From the NCBI GenBank assembly GCA_030619905.1, contig JAUXAO010000002.1, positions 129,193 to 193,192 on the forward strand: a stretch of DNA of 64,000 nt, written 5' to 3'. The notes under the pieces were generated by a model that saw only the letters and a list, made by a program, of their open reading frames with translations, was not told where the DNA came from and searched no databases. Origin of the DNA: a bacterium (lineage in GTDB: Bacteria > Patescibacteriota > Minisyncoccia > Minisyncoccales > CG1-02-41-26). Position 1 is the first letter of the stretch, and the number at the start of each line of letters is the position of its first letter. A program made the position numbers and the translations under genes. Below, piece after piece: positions 33,419 to 41,650 of this stretch.

Positions 33419-33481
33419 AGTAATTTATTTTACTACTCTTCAGATGAAGGTTTTATTAAAAAATAATTAAACTTCAAATTT

Positions 33482-33618
33482 AGCTACTCCCCCTACAGGA
33501 CGCGTTCAGAACCTTAGATTGGGAAAAATAAAGGAAGAGTTAGAGGAATTAAGGCTTGTTTTAGGGATTTAGTTAGTTCCTGTAAAGATTTAAACTGTTG
33601 AAATTCTTGATTTTTAGC
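33482..33618. repeat. Direct repeat copy A (about 137 bp), downstream flank of cfa
   Basis: Aligns by hand with 34935-35073. The differences I see are transitions plus a 1-nt indel. Contains GGACGCGTTCAGAACCTTAG. Confidence 0.85.
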
Positions 33619-33701
33619 AGCTTCTCGTTCCAAAAATGAATAGCTCCTAAAAATAAACTAAGTAAAATGGCTATTGTCATAAATTATTTTTTAAAAAATT
33701 T

Positions 33702-34823
33702 TTAACGTATAGATTTATATCCCCCTAAAACGCCTTTTTTAGAAAGAGCGATTTGCCATAATTGAATTTTCCTTGCCCGAAATAATCCTGCGCACGATAA
33801 AAGATAATACTTCCACATTCTATAAAATCTTTCATCATAATTTGACTTTATCTTATCCCAATTTTGATCAAAATTTCTATACCAAGCCATAAGTGTTTTA
33901 TCATAATTAGCACTGAAATTATGCCAATCTTCCATAACAAACAATCCTTCAATTGCACTTCCTATTTGTTTAATTGAAGGCAACATACTATTAGGAAAAA
34001 TATACTTATTTGACCAAGAACTTGCGGAGGTTATTGATTTATTTCCCCCGATAGTATGTAATAAAAATAAACCGTCATCCTTCAAACAACGGTGAACAAC
34101 CTTCATGTATGTCCTATAATTTTTGTAACCTACATGTTCAATCATGCCCAGAGAAACTATATGGTCGAATTTATCATTGACATCCCTATAATCCTGTAAT
34201 CTGATTTCAACAGGAAGCCCCCTGCATAATGTTTTTCCAAGTTCTACTTGTTCTTTGGACACAGTAATTCCAATCACTTTAACTTTATATTTCTCTGCAG
34301 CATATTTTGCAAAACTCCCCCAGCCACAACCAATATCAAGTATTTTCATTCCGGGTTGCAGTCCTATTTTCTGACAAATTAAATCTAACTTGTTCTCTTG
34401 GGCTTCGTCGAGCGTATGAGCATCCTTCCAATAAGCACAACTGTAAACCATTCGTTTGTCAAGCATATTTTTAAACAGTTCGTTACCTAAGTCATAATGT
34501 TTCTCTCCAATCTGAAATGCTCTCTTTTTTGATTGCATATTAAAAATTCTTGCCAGCAGAACTTCAAGAAGGAATATCCAGTTCTGTTTGACCCTACTCT
34601 CTATTTGGGAGCGGAGAACTCGATAAGAGGATTCATCAAGTTTCTCGCAATCCCACCACCCATCCATATAAGACTCTCCAAGACCAAGCGAACCCTGAGT
34701 TAAAACTCTTTGATAAAACTTCTCATTATGAATTTTTATATCCCAAGGATTATTTCCATTAATCTTTATTCCTGCTAAAGATAATATTTTCTCTGCTCTA
34801 TTTTTTAATTCAGCTGTTTTCAT
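33702..34823 (-). CDS. cfa: Cyclopropane-fatty-acyl-phospholipid synthase
   Basis: SAM motif ILDIGCGWGSFAKYAAEKY. YSCAYW and MIEHVG motifs. 373 aa. Confidence 0.9.
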   Translation of the reverse strand: MKTAELKNRAEKILSLAGIKINGNNPWDIKIHNEKFYQRVLTQGSLGLGESYMDGWWDCEKLDESSYRVLRSQIESRVKQNWIFLLEVLLARIFNMQSKKRAFQIGEKHYDLGNELFKNMLDKRMVYSCAYWKDAHTLDEAQENKLDLICQKIGLQPGMKILDIGCGWGSFAKYAAEKYKVKVIGITVSKEQVELGKTLCRGLPVEIRLQDYRDVNDKFDHIVSLGMIEHVGYKNYRTYMKVVHRCLKDDGLFLLHTIGGNKSITSASSWSNKYIFPNSMLPSIKQIGSAIEGLFVMEDWHNFSANYDKTLMAWYRNFDQNWDKIKSNYDERFYRMWKYYLLSCAGLFRARKIQLWQIALSKKGVLGGYKSIR

Positions 34824-34897
34824 TTGGTGTTTTTAAATTTTTGCTTACCATATTTAGATTGATCTGAAACTTGAAAAACATAGTAATTCATATTTCT

Positions 34898-34926
34898 ATT
34901 CTACCAAAAAACCGCCTTCTTGGCAA
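34898..34926 (-). promoter_or_regulatory. Sigma70-like promoter for cfa (TTGCCA-17-TAGAAT with TGg extension)
   Basis: The minus strand reads TTGCCAAGAAGGCGGTTTTTTGGTAGAAT. Spacing counted by hand. Confidence 0.45.
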
Positions 34927-34934
34927 TTCTTTGA

Positions 34935-35073
34935 AGCTAACTTCCCCTACAGGACGCGTTCAGAACCTTAGATTGGGAAAAAATAAAGGAAGAATTAGAG
35001 GGATTAAGGCTTGTTTTAGGAATTCAGTTAGTTCCTGCAGAGATTTAAACTGTTGAAACTTTTGATTTTCGGC
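34935..35073. repeat. Direct repeat copy B (about 139 bp), upstream flank of cfa
   Basis: See copy A. Confidence 0.85.
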
Positions 35074-35097
35074 TAATTTATAATTTTTAAACTAATC

Positions 35098-35127
35098 AAA
35101 AAGGTGCTTTTAGCTCAGCACCTTTTT
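35098..35127 (-). terminator. Terminator hairpin after the 195-aa ORF
   Basis: AAAGGTGCT ... AGCACCTTT stem with T runs on both sides. Confidence 0.55.
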
Positions 35128-35179
35128 CTTTTGTTTTAGAACGGTTTCTATGACTTTTGTTTTAGAACGGTTTCTATGA
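35128..35179. repeat. Perfect 2 x 26-bp tandem duplication spanning the stop codon of the 195-aa ORF
   Basis: CTTTTGTTTTAGAACGGTTTCTATGA repeated head to tail. Confidence 0.9.
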
Positions 35180-35735
35180 CTTCTATTTTTTTTTCCTGAT
35201 CTGAAATTTTTAATATAAAGAAGAATATCGCTATTATAGTTACGGGAGTTACTATTCCAGGTATATCAGCAAATTTTCTGAGACCTAATTCAATCTCTAA
35301 AAGATTACCTTTTAGAGAAATGTCCTTGATGTAAAAATTAGGTGCTCCAGCAAACAATCGTAATCTTTCGTGCCGTAAATTTTTAATTGGTCTAATTTTC
35401 ATTTCTTGCTTGAGATAATATTCTGAAATTTCCGGATAAAAGAAGCAAAACTTTAATACATCTCTCCAGGGAATTATAAATAACTTAGCTTTTTTCTCCA
35501 ACGAGCTTTCAGGAGGTAATTTCTCCTCAGAATCCAGAAAAGTTATTTCTGCCCTTGTTATTTCTGCCTTTGATAAGATAGAATTATTAATTACTATCTC
35601 ATCTATATTAATTACTACCTCATCTATCTTGTCATTCCAAGAAACAAAAACAAAAATTATTGACAATAACGAAGCTATCATTATGATTACAAAAAAACTA
35701 TTTATAAGAATTTTAAAGAACTTACTCATTTTCAT
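35148..35735 (-). CDS. Hypothetical membrane-anchored protein
   Basis: N-terminal TM FFVIIMIASLLSIIFVFVSW and a second hydrophobic segment near the C-terminus. Confidence 0.5.
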   Translation of the reverse strand: MKMSKFFKILINSFFVIIMIASLLSIIFVFVSWNDKIDEVVINIDEIVINNSILSKAEITRAEITFLDSEEKLPPESSLEKKAKLFIIPWRDVLKFCFFYPEISEYYLKQEMKIRPIKNLRHERLRLFAGAPNFYIKDISLKGNLLEIELGLRKFADIPGIVTPVTIIAIFFFILKISDQEKKIEVIETVLKQKS

Positions 35736-35795
35736 TCCCTCCTTCTTTTATTTTTAAACTATTTTATTATATGCTTCTATCTTAAATTTGTCAAT

Positions 35796-35823
35796 CAAAA
35801 ACCCGAGGTAAATGCTCGGGCTT
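35796..35823 (-). terminator. Terminator hairpin downstream of the HD-domain remnant
   Basis: CCCGAG-GTAAATG-CTCGGG followed by TTTTT on the minus strand. Confidence 0.55.
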
Positions 35824-35830
35824 TAAAAAC

Positions 35831-35870
35831 TCCGGGGGACGGACGACGTTAGAACCTGTTTAGTGGGTAA
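35831..35870. repeat. Dispersed repeat copy C (core GACGACGTTAGAACCTGTTT)
   Basis: The core at 35842-35861 recurs at 40468-40487 and, with 2 mismatches, at 41725-41744. It is related to the left end of repeats A and B. Confidence 0.75.
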
Positions 35871-36265
35871 TTATTAAGTATTTTGTTTAAAGAATCCATC
35901 CTAAATTTAAATTCATCTGGATTATTATCCTTCAGTTGACTACCAATCATATCTGCAATTCCTAATAAGATTATTTCCAAAAAAACATTGGGGTGTTCTT
36001 CCTTAAATTCCTCTATTTTCTTTTCGGGATTTTCCTCTGGGTAATTTAATATCTCATGGATAATACCGTGATTTCTGACTATTTCAATGATAAATTTTTT
36101 TTCACTTTCTGATAAGTCAAATCTTGTAAAGATAGTTCCGAGCTTTAAAGCTCCTGCTTCTTCATGTCCGGGGCATTTGACGATATCATTTTCTTTTTTA
36201 TGTGTTTCCTTTTTTCCAATATCATGGATTAGTATAAAGGAATAATTACCTCTAATTAGAAACGT
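35849..36265 (-). pseudogene. 5'-truncated HD-domain gene remnant (no start codon)
   Basis: My translation is open for 138 codons: TFLIRGNYSFILIHDIGKKETHKK...GIADMIGSQLKDNNPDEFKFRMDSLNKILNNYPLNRF*. It contains HDIGK but lacks the upstream His and any ATG/GTG/TTG start. It begins right after stop codons that follow fba. Confidence 0.6.
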
Positions 36266-36280
36266 TTATAAAAATTATTT

Positions 36281-37495
36281 CTAACCTAAATATATTTTCC
36301 TAATCAAATCTTTAGTACCAGAAACCTTTAATGATCTAAAAGAAAATCTAAATTCTCCCTCTAATTTCTCACAAATTTTATCTATATTCTTCTGGGAAAT
36401 ATTCCAGATTTCTTTTTTAAAAGGACCTAAAGCTTTTTTTCTGAATTTATATAAAAACTGAATTTCTGTATCAGTTTTCTTTTTTTCTTTTTGAAAGTTT
36501 TTCTTCAGCCATTTATAAATTTTATCTTTTAATTCTTTAGGGAAATAAGAACTATCATAAATGATATTCTGGAAGTTGGTTGCTAAATGAATTTCGCAAA
36601 CCTCACTTTTCGGAAAACGAGAAAAATATTCTTTTGACAGAGTAGAAGCTCCATGTTGGACAATTCCAGCTGTTTTATACTTTCTAGCTTCTTGAGAAAG
36701 CTTTTTAAGGATAGAAAAATCCCCTTTTATTTTTTTTAATTTTCCCGAAGCAAGCAAAATACCACCATGGACAGTACGTGCCTGAACAGCAACTTTTGAC
36801 AAACCTTTTAAGTTTCCGCATTGAGAAAGAGCTTTTTTATATCCATTCATAAATATTTTTATCTCTTTAACAGTTGTATCTTTATCTCCAATTTGTCCTA
36901 CTTCTCCTCCAATAGAAACAGTAAGTTTTTTCGGTTCTATCTTTCTAATAAAAGAAGTTAATTTTGCTGTTAAGGAAAAATTTTCTTTTAAGGGCCTTAA
37001 AGTTGAGCAGTCAATGTCAATATTATAAAAACCAGCTTTTATTGCTCTCCTGATTAAATTTTTTAATTCTCTTAATTCTTTTGTTTTCCAAGTTCGAGAA
37101 AAGTATTTCTTAGAGTTAATTTGAAAATGGTCTCCTTGAAAAAAAAGAGGACCCTTAAAACCCTCTTTAATTGCTGCCCCTAAGATTACAGATATATACT
37201 CTTCCGGTGATTGTTTAGTATAAGATATTTCAGACCTGGCTATTTCAAAAATAAAAGCTCCTACTTTTTCTTTTTTAACTGCTCTGAAAACTGCTCTGGC
37301 AACATCAAAAGTCATGGTCCGAATATTTAAAGCCGGAACTGTAAATCCTTCGTTTTCTCCTTTGGCCATATTTTCATACAATTTTTGAGTAGAAGTCAGC
37401 CATATTCCTTTTTTTTCAGCCAATTTTTTAATTTTCTTCTCAGTATTTTTTTTATTTTTTCCGAAAACCATTTCTTGAATTAATTTCTTCATCAT
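36281..37495 (-). CDS. fba: Class II fructose/ketose-bisphosphate aldolase family protein
   Basis: PALNIRTMTF...AFIFEIARSE, FFQGDHF, NIDIDCS, VQHGAST correspond to class II aldolase motifs as I recall them. Confidence 0.72.
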   Translation of the reverse strand: MMKKLIQEMVFGKNKKNTEKKIKKLAEKKGIWLTSTQKLYENMAKGENEGFTVPALNIRTMTFDVARAVFRAVKKEKVGAFIFEIARSEISYTKQSPEEYISVILGAAIKEGFKGPLFFQGDHFQINSKKYFSRTWKTKELRELKNLIRRAIKAGFYNIDIDCSTLRPLKENFSLTAKLTSFIRKIEPKKLTVSIGGEVGQIGDKDTTVKEIKIFMNGYKKALSQCGNLKGLSKVAVQARTVHGGILLASGKLKKIKGDFSILKKLSQEARKYKTAGIVQHGASTLSKEYFSRFPKSEVCEIHLATNFQNIIYDSSYFPKELKDKIYKWLKKNFQKEKKKTDTEIQFLYKFRKKALGPFKKEIWNISQKNIDKICEKLEGEFRFSFRSLKVSGTKDLIRKIYLG

Positions 37496-37497
37496 AT

Positions 37498-39003
37498 TTA
37501 AGCTAATAATTTTTTTAATATCTTGCTCAATAATTCTGGATTGGCTTTCCCTTTTGTTTTAGTCATAATCTGTCCAATTAAAAACTGTAAAGCCGTTTCT
37601 TTTCCTTTTTTATAATCTTCTACTGGTTTGGGGTTCTCATCTAAAACTTTTTTAATAATTGTTTCAAGTTCAGCCTCATCACTTATTAAACTAAGTTCTT
37701 TCTCTCCAATAATCTGCGAGGGATCAGCTCCTTTTTCAAACATTTCCTTAAGTAAAGTTTTGGCAATCTTGCTAGAAATTTCACCAGTATAAATCATACT
37801 AATAAATTCAGCAAAATTCTCAGGCGTGATCAAGAACTCCTCACCTTTAACTGAAGATCCCCTTAAAAGACCTTGAAGATCGGTCAAAATATAATTTGAG
37901 GTTAATTTGGCCAATTTTTTAAACTCCTCGTCAGTAATCTTTAATTTATCCTTTTTCTCTTTTACCCATACTCTTAATTCCGAAACTGTTTTTTCAAAAT
38001 ATGCTCCGAGTTCCTTGTTAAAGACCAAAACTTCAACAGTTTTTTCATCTAACTTATATTCATTTTTAAACCTTATTCTTGTCTCTCTGGGAAGCTCTAG
38101 AATTTTAATTTCTTTTAAAAATTCATCATCTAAATTTAAAGGTAAAAGATCCGGCTCAGGGAAATAACGATAATCATGGGCTTCTTCTTTTTCTCTTTGC
38201 GATATTGTTGTTTCTTTGTTCTCATCCCAACCTCTTGTTTCTTGAATTACTAATTCTCCTTTTTCCAATATTTCTTTCTGCCTTTTCATTTCATATTCAA
38301 TTGATTTTTCAACTGCTCTTAGAGAGTTCAAGTTTTTAATCTCCACCTTTGTCCCAAGTTTTGAGTTTTGAGTTTCAATCTTTGAACTTTTCAACGATAT
38401 GTTTACTTCTGCTCTCATTTCACCCTTTTCCATATTAGCATCAGAAACACCAAGATATCTTAAAATTAACTGCAGCTCCCGAATAAATCCTCGTGCCTCT
38501 GAAGCTGAATGGATATCTGGTTCTGTTACCAACTCCATTAAAGGAATTCCGACCCTGTTAAAATCTATTAAAGAATAATTTTTTCCTTGAGGATGAATCA
38601 ATTTCCCGGTATCTTCTTCCAGATGAATTCTTTCAATCCTGATTTTCTTGTTTTCTACCTTGGACCCGGTTATTACTTGTATATCTAAATACCCTTTTTT
38701 GCTCAATGGAGCGCTATATTGTGATATCTGATATCCTTTTGGTAAATCAGGATAAAAATAGTTTTTTCTTTCGAAATGAGTCTTTTTCTGGATTCCACAA
38801 TTCAAAGCTAAAGCCGTTTTAATTACTTTCTTTACCGCCTCTTTGTTAATTACAGGAAGAGTTCCCGGATGCGCCATACAAATAGGACAAATATTTAGAT
38901 TTGGGGACTTTTCATCCGAGTTATTCTTACAAGAACAGAACATTTTAGACTTAGTAGCTAATTCTACGTGTATTTCCAAACCAATTGTAGGATTATAATC
39001 CAT
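37498..39003 (-). CDS. gatB: Asp/Glu-tRNA amidotransferase subunit B
   Basis: TIGLEIHVELATKSKMFCSC, YFYPDLPKGYQISQ, EIKNLNSLRAV. Confidence 0.93.
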   Translation of the reverse strand: MDYNPTIGLEIHVELATKSKMFCSCKNNSDEKSPNLNICPICMAHPGTLPVINKEAVKKVIKTALALNCGIQKKTHFERKNYFYPDLPKGYQISQYSAPLSKKGYLDIQVITGSKVENKKIRIERIHLEEDTGKLIHPQGKNYSLIDFNRVGIPLMELVTEPDIHSASEARGFIRELQLILRYLGVSDANMEKGEMRAEVNISLKSSKIETQNSKLGTKVEIKNLNSLRAVEKSIEYEMKRQKEILEKGELVIQETRGWDENKETTISQREKEEAHDYRYFPEPDLLPLNLDDEFLKEIKILELPRETRIRFKNEYKLDEKTVEVLVFNKELGAYFEKTVSELRVWVKEKKDKLKITDEEFKKLAKLTSNYILTDLQGLLRGSSVKGEEFLITPENFAEFISMIYTGEISSKIAKTLLKEMFEKGADPSQIIGEKELSLISDEAELETIIKKVLDENPKPVEDYKKGKETALQFLIGQIMTKTKGKANPELLSKILKKLLA

Positions 39004-39027
39004 GGTTTACTTCTGTCCTTTATTTAG

Positions 39028-39693
39028 TCACCTTCTTTTGTATTGCTTCATTATTTCCACGCTTGAGCTCGTTCCAATAATATCAGCCCCGGCTTTTACC
39101 ATCATGTTAAGGTCTTTCAGTGCCCTAATCTTCCCAGCGGCTTTAATCTTTAATCCAGGAGCACTTTTTTTCATAATCTGAAGATGTTTTGCTTTTTCCT
39201 TTAACTCAATGTGCTCTAAAGGATCTTTTTCAGTTGCTGTTTTAACACAAAAAGCTCCTGCTTTTTTAACTAATTCAGAAGCTTTTTCAATCTCTTTATC
39301 AGTTAAATAACCAGAACCAATAATTACTTTAGTTGGTAAAATCTTTGTAATTTCTTTAAGGTCTTCTAAAACCTCATCAAATCTTTCATACTTCATGTCA
39401 ATAATGTTCATAACTATGTCTAATTCGCTTGCCCCGTCTTTTTTTGCTTTTTTACATGCTTCAACCCTGTTTAGATGAGAACTTAAACCCATAGGAGGGT
39501 CAATGAGAACAATAATTTTAATATTAGTACCTTCTAATTCCTCCTGGCATAATTTTACCCATTCGGGATTGACGCAAACACCTCTAAATCCGTATTTTCG
39601 GGCTTCTTGGCAAGTTTTTCTGATTTCTTTTTCAGTAGCAGAAGCTTTTATATTTGTATGCTCAATAATTTTAGCTGGATTAAGTCTTTTCAT
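39028..39693 (-). CDS. deoC: Deoxyribose-phosphate aldolase-like
   Basis: IEHTNIKASAT, GVCVNPEWV, ELDIVMNI, FCVKTAT (Schiff-base Lys context), GADIIGTSS. Confidence 0.78.
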   Translation of the reverse strand: MKRLNPAKIIEHTNIKASATEKEIRKTCQEARKYGFRGVCVNPEWVKLCQEELEGTNIKIIVLIDPPMGLSSHLNRVEACKKAKKDGASELDIVMNIIDMKYERFDEVLEDLKEITKILPTKVIIGSGYLTDKEIEKASELVKKAGAFCVKTATEKDPLEHIELKEKAKHLQIMKKSAPGLKIKAAGKIRALKDLNMMVKAGADIIGTSSSVEIMKQYKRR

Positions 39694-39697
39694 ATTT

Positions 39698-40306
39698 TTA
39701 TAATTTATTTTTTATAAGCTTTTTAATATCAAGAGAAACATCTTTTATAGATTTATTCCCATCTATGATATAAATATTTTTAAATCTTTTAAATACCTCA
39801 AAATAACCTTTACGGACTTTTTTCAATTTTTCCACCTTTTCAAAAAGCTCAACACTAAAACGGTCCTTTTCAATTCTTTCAATACAGGTCTCAGGTGATG
39901 CATCTACAAAAATAGTGATATCCGGTAAAATAAATCTCTTGTTTATATTAAACAACCACTCTTTGTCTTTTATCTCCCATAAGCCGTAAGCTAAGGTTGA
40001 AAAAAAATATCTATCAGAGATTACTGTAACCCCCTTTTTGAGTAAAGGTATTATTTCTTTATCTAGATGATAAGCCCTATCAGCAGTAAATAAAAGCTGG
40101 AGACATTCCGGAGTACTCTTCCAATCATTAGTAAGCCAACTTCTAATAAGCCCGCCTATAAGGTATTGAGTTGGTTCCCGGGTTAGATGAACCTTTTTCT
40201 TTTTTCTCTTTAAATATTCAGCTAAAAACTCAATTTGGCTTGTCGTGCCTGACCCATCTAGTCCTTCCAACACAATAAATTTTCCAGGGTAATTACTTTT
40301 TTTCAT
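39698..40306 (-). CDS. tmk: Thymidylate kinase
   Basis: GKFIVLEGLDGSGTTSQ P-loop, DRYFFST. Start taken at the internal ATG 40306. Confidence 0.9.
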   Translation of the reverse strand: MKKSNYPGKFIVLEGLDGSGTTSQIEFLAEYLKRKKKKVHLTREPTQYLIGGLIRSWLTNDWKSTPECLQLLFTADRAYHLDKEIIPLLKKGVTVISDRYFFSTLAYGLWEIKDKEWLFNINKRFILPDITIFVDASPETCIERIEKDRFSVELFEKVEKLKKVRKGYFEVFKRFKNIYIIDGNKSIKDVSLDIKKLIKNKL

Positions 40307-40385
40307 TATTATATAATAACATATTGGAACCAAATGAAAAAGCAGCCAATATCAATTGATTATTTTAAATTTGCAGTTCAATTGA

Positions 40386-40497
40386 GAAGTTTCAATACCT
40401 ATTCTCTTTTTTAGATTTTCTATTTCTTTTAAATAAACAGGAACCGGGGTAGTGCCTGCGGGTATGAGACGACGTTAGAACCTGTTTTATAAGCAAA
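40386..40497. repeat. Dispersed repeat copy D: nusG-internal fragment (40391-40459) fused to the core motif (40460-40492)
   Basis: 40391-40459 aligns with nusG 46022-46090 with 5 mismatches in 69 nt by my hand count. It is followed by GGGTATGAGACGACGTTAGAACCTGTTTTAT. Confidence 0.8.
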
Positions 40498-40581
40498 GAG
40501 TACTTGACGCTAACATTTTAAAGGGAATTCCGGAGCTTTCCGAGACTTCTAAATAACGCGTATTAGTCGGGACTATTTAAT

Positions 40582-41319
40582 CTAACCTATAAAGTTTATT
40601 AGTAATTTATCTGCATTATGTGGCGAATTCTCAGAAGAACAATTATATGGTATCTCGAACAATCCAATTGTTGTTGGTTCTGTTTTAATTTTTATTCTAA
40701 ATAAACATCGAGTCTTTGCACTTATTATCGATTGATCTATACACACACCAATATAACCTTCATGTTTTGTACCTCGACCTTGTGGAACAATATCAACCCC
40801 TTTTGTTTCGATAACTTTAATTTCCGGTGGGAAAAAAATTGTCCAACTGGGATTAGTTGCAGCAATTACTCCACTATTTCGTACCAATAACTCAATTTCA
40901 TGCTCTTCACCACTCTTTAGGTCAATTTGATTAAAATTTCCCCCAAAAGTTGCATATAAACTAGGTGTTTGTCTTTGACGAGTCTGAATATCTTTAGAAA
41001 CAACTTCTAAACTTTTTGAAACATTGCTTAATCCCAGGTTTATTTCTTTTATTTCTTGGATGAATCTGCGAAATTCTTCTATTTGTTTTTTTGATGATTC
41101 TAGTATAGCGCTTATTGTCTCTTTAGTTGATTTATCTATTTTTGAAAAATTGTGTAAGGCTATAGCCAACATCGCAGTAACACCGGTCAAACTAAGAAGG
41201 AAACTTACAACACTTTCGTTTTTCACTAAAAATTTAAAAACAAATGTCAAAATAATTAAAACAATTACTATAAACCACAGTACCAAGATCGATTTATTTG
41301 TCTTTTTTATAATTTCCAT
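40582..41319 (-). CDS. Hypothetical 2-TM protein with coiled-coil and beta-rich C-terminal region
   Basis: TM helices ILVLWFIVIVLIILTFVF and VVSFLLSLTGVTAMLAIAL. No motif recognised. Confidence 0.5.
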   Translation of the reverse strand: MEIIKKTNKSILVLWFIVIVLIILTFVFKFLVKNESVVSFLLSLTGVTAMLAIALHNFSKIDKSTKETISAILESSKKQIEEFRRFIQEIKEINLGLSNVSKSLEVVSKDIQTRQRQTPSLYATFGGNFNQIDLKSGEEHEIELLVRNSGVIAATNPSWTIFFPPEIKVIETKGVDIVPQGRGTKHEGYIGVCIDQSIISAKTRCLFRIKIKTEPTTIGLFEIPYNCSSENSPHNADKLLINFIG

Positions 41320-41329
41320 AAAAAAATAA

Positions 41330-41626
41330 CTAGTCTTGTTTATTATAAATGGGAACGTATTTGTCTATCCAAAAATTTTCTAAAATTCTAGCATCACTCT
41401 CTGTTTTTGTTTCGTACCAATCAAAAAAATTCACCTCTGGAACATCTTTAGAGTTAAAATGTTCAAGAATTCTCTCTTTAAGTCGCTTCTCGCCTGCCAT
41501 GCCTATATATAAAATACTTTCTATTGTTGTGTTTTTTCTTAATATATAAACACCACGCGTATTGGGCACACTGTCTATATTTTCTTTTGTCCATGTCAAA
41601 ATCTCAGATTTGTTAGTAAATATCAT
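41330..41626 (-). CDS. GIY-YIG nuclease domain protein (98 aa)
   Basis: GVYILRKN...ILYIGMAGEKRLKERILEHF...N (GIY ... YIG ... R ... E ... N). Confidence 0.75.
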   Translation of the reverse strand: MIFTNKSEILTWTKENIDSVPNTRGVYILRKNTTIESILYIGMAGEKRLKERILEHFNSKDVPEVNFFDWYETKTESDARILENFWIDKYVPIYNKQD

Positions 41627-41650
41627 ATTATTATATTTTGATAGTTATTA

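Noticed and set aside
33482-35073. Repeats A and B as a diversity-generating retroelement template/variable repeat pair
   Set aside because: The differences are transitions in both directions (C/T and A/G), not adenine-specific substitutions. No reverse transcriptase gene is in the window, and neither copy lies in an intact ORF.
35128-35179. GTTTTAGAAC... 26-bp repeats as a CRISPR array
   Set aside because: There are only two copies, directly adjacent with no spacer, and no cas genes are in the window. No CRISPR array was seen anywhere in the window.
40460-40497. The core motif as an inverted copy of the nusG segment just upstream of the duplicated fragment (GGTATG / GTTAGAA / CTGTTTTATA blocks)
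   Set aside because: The three short blocks align only with large unequal gaps. One is AT-rich low complexity, and the same motif is the 3' end of the HD remnant in copy C. This is judged coincidental.
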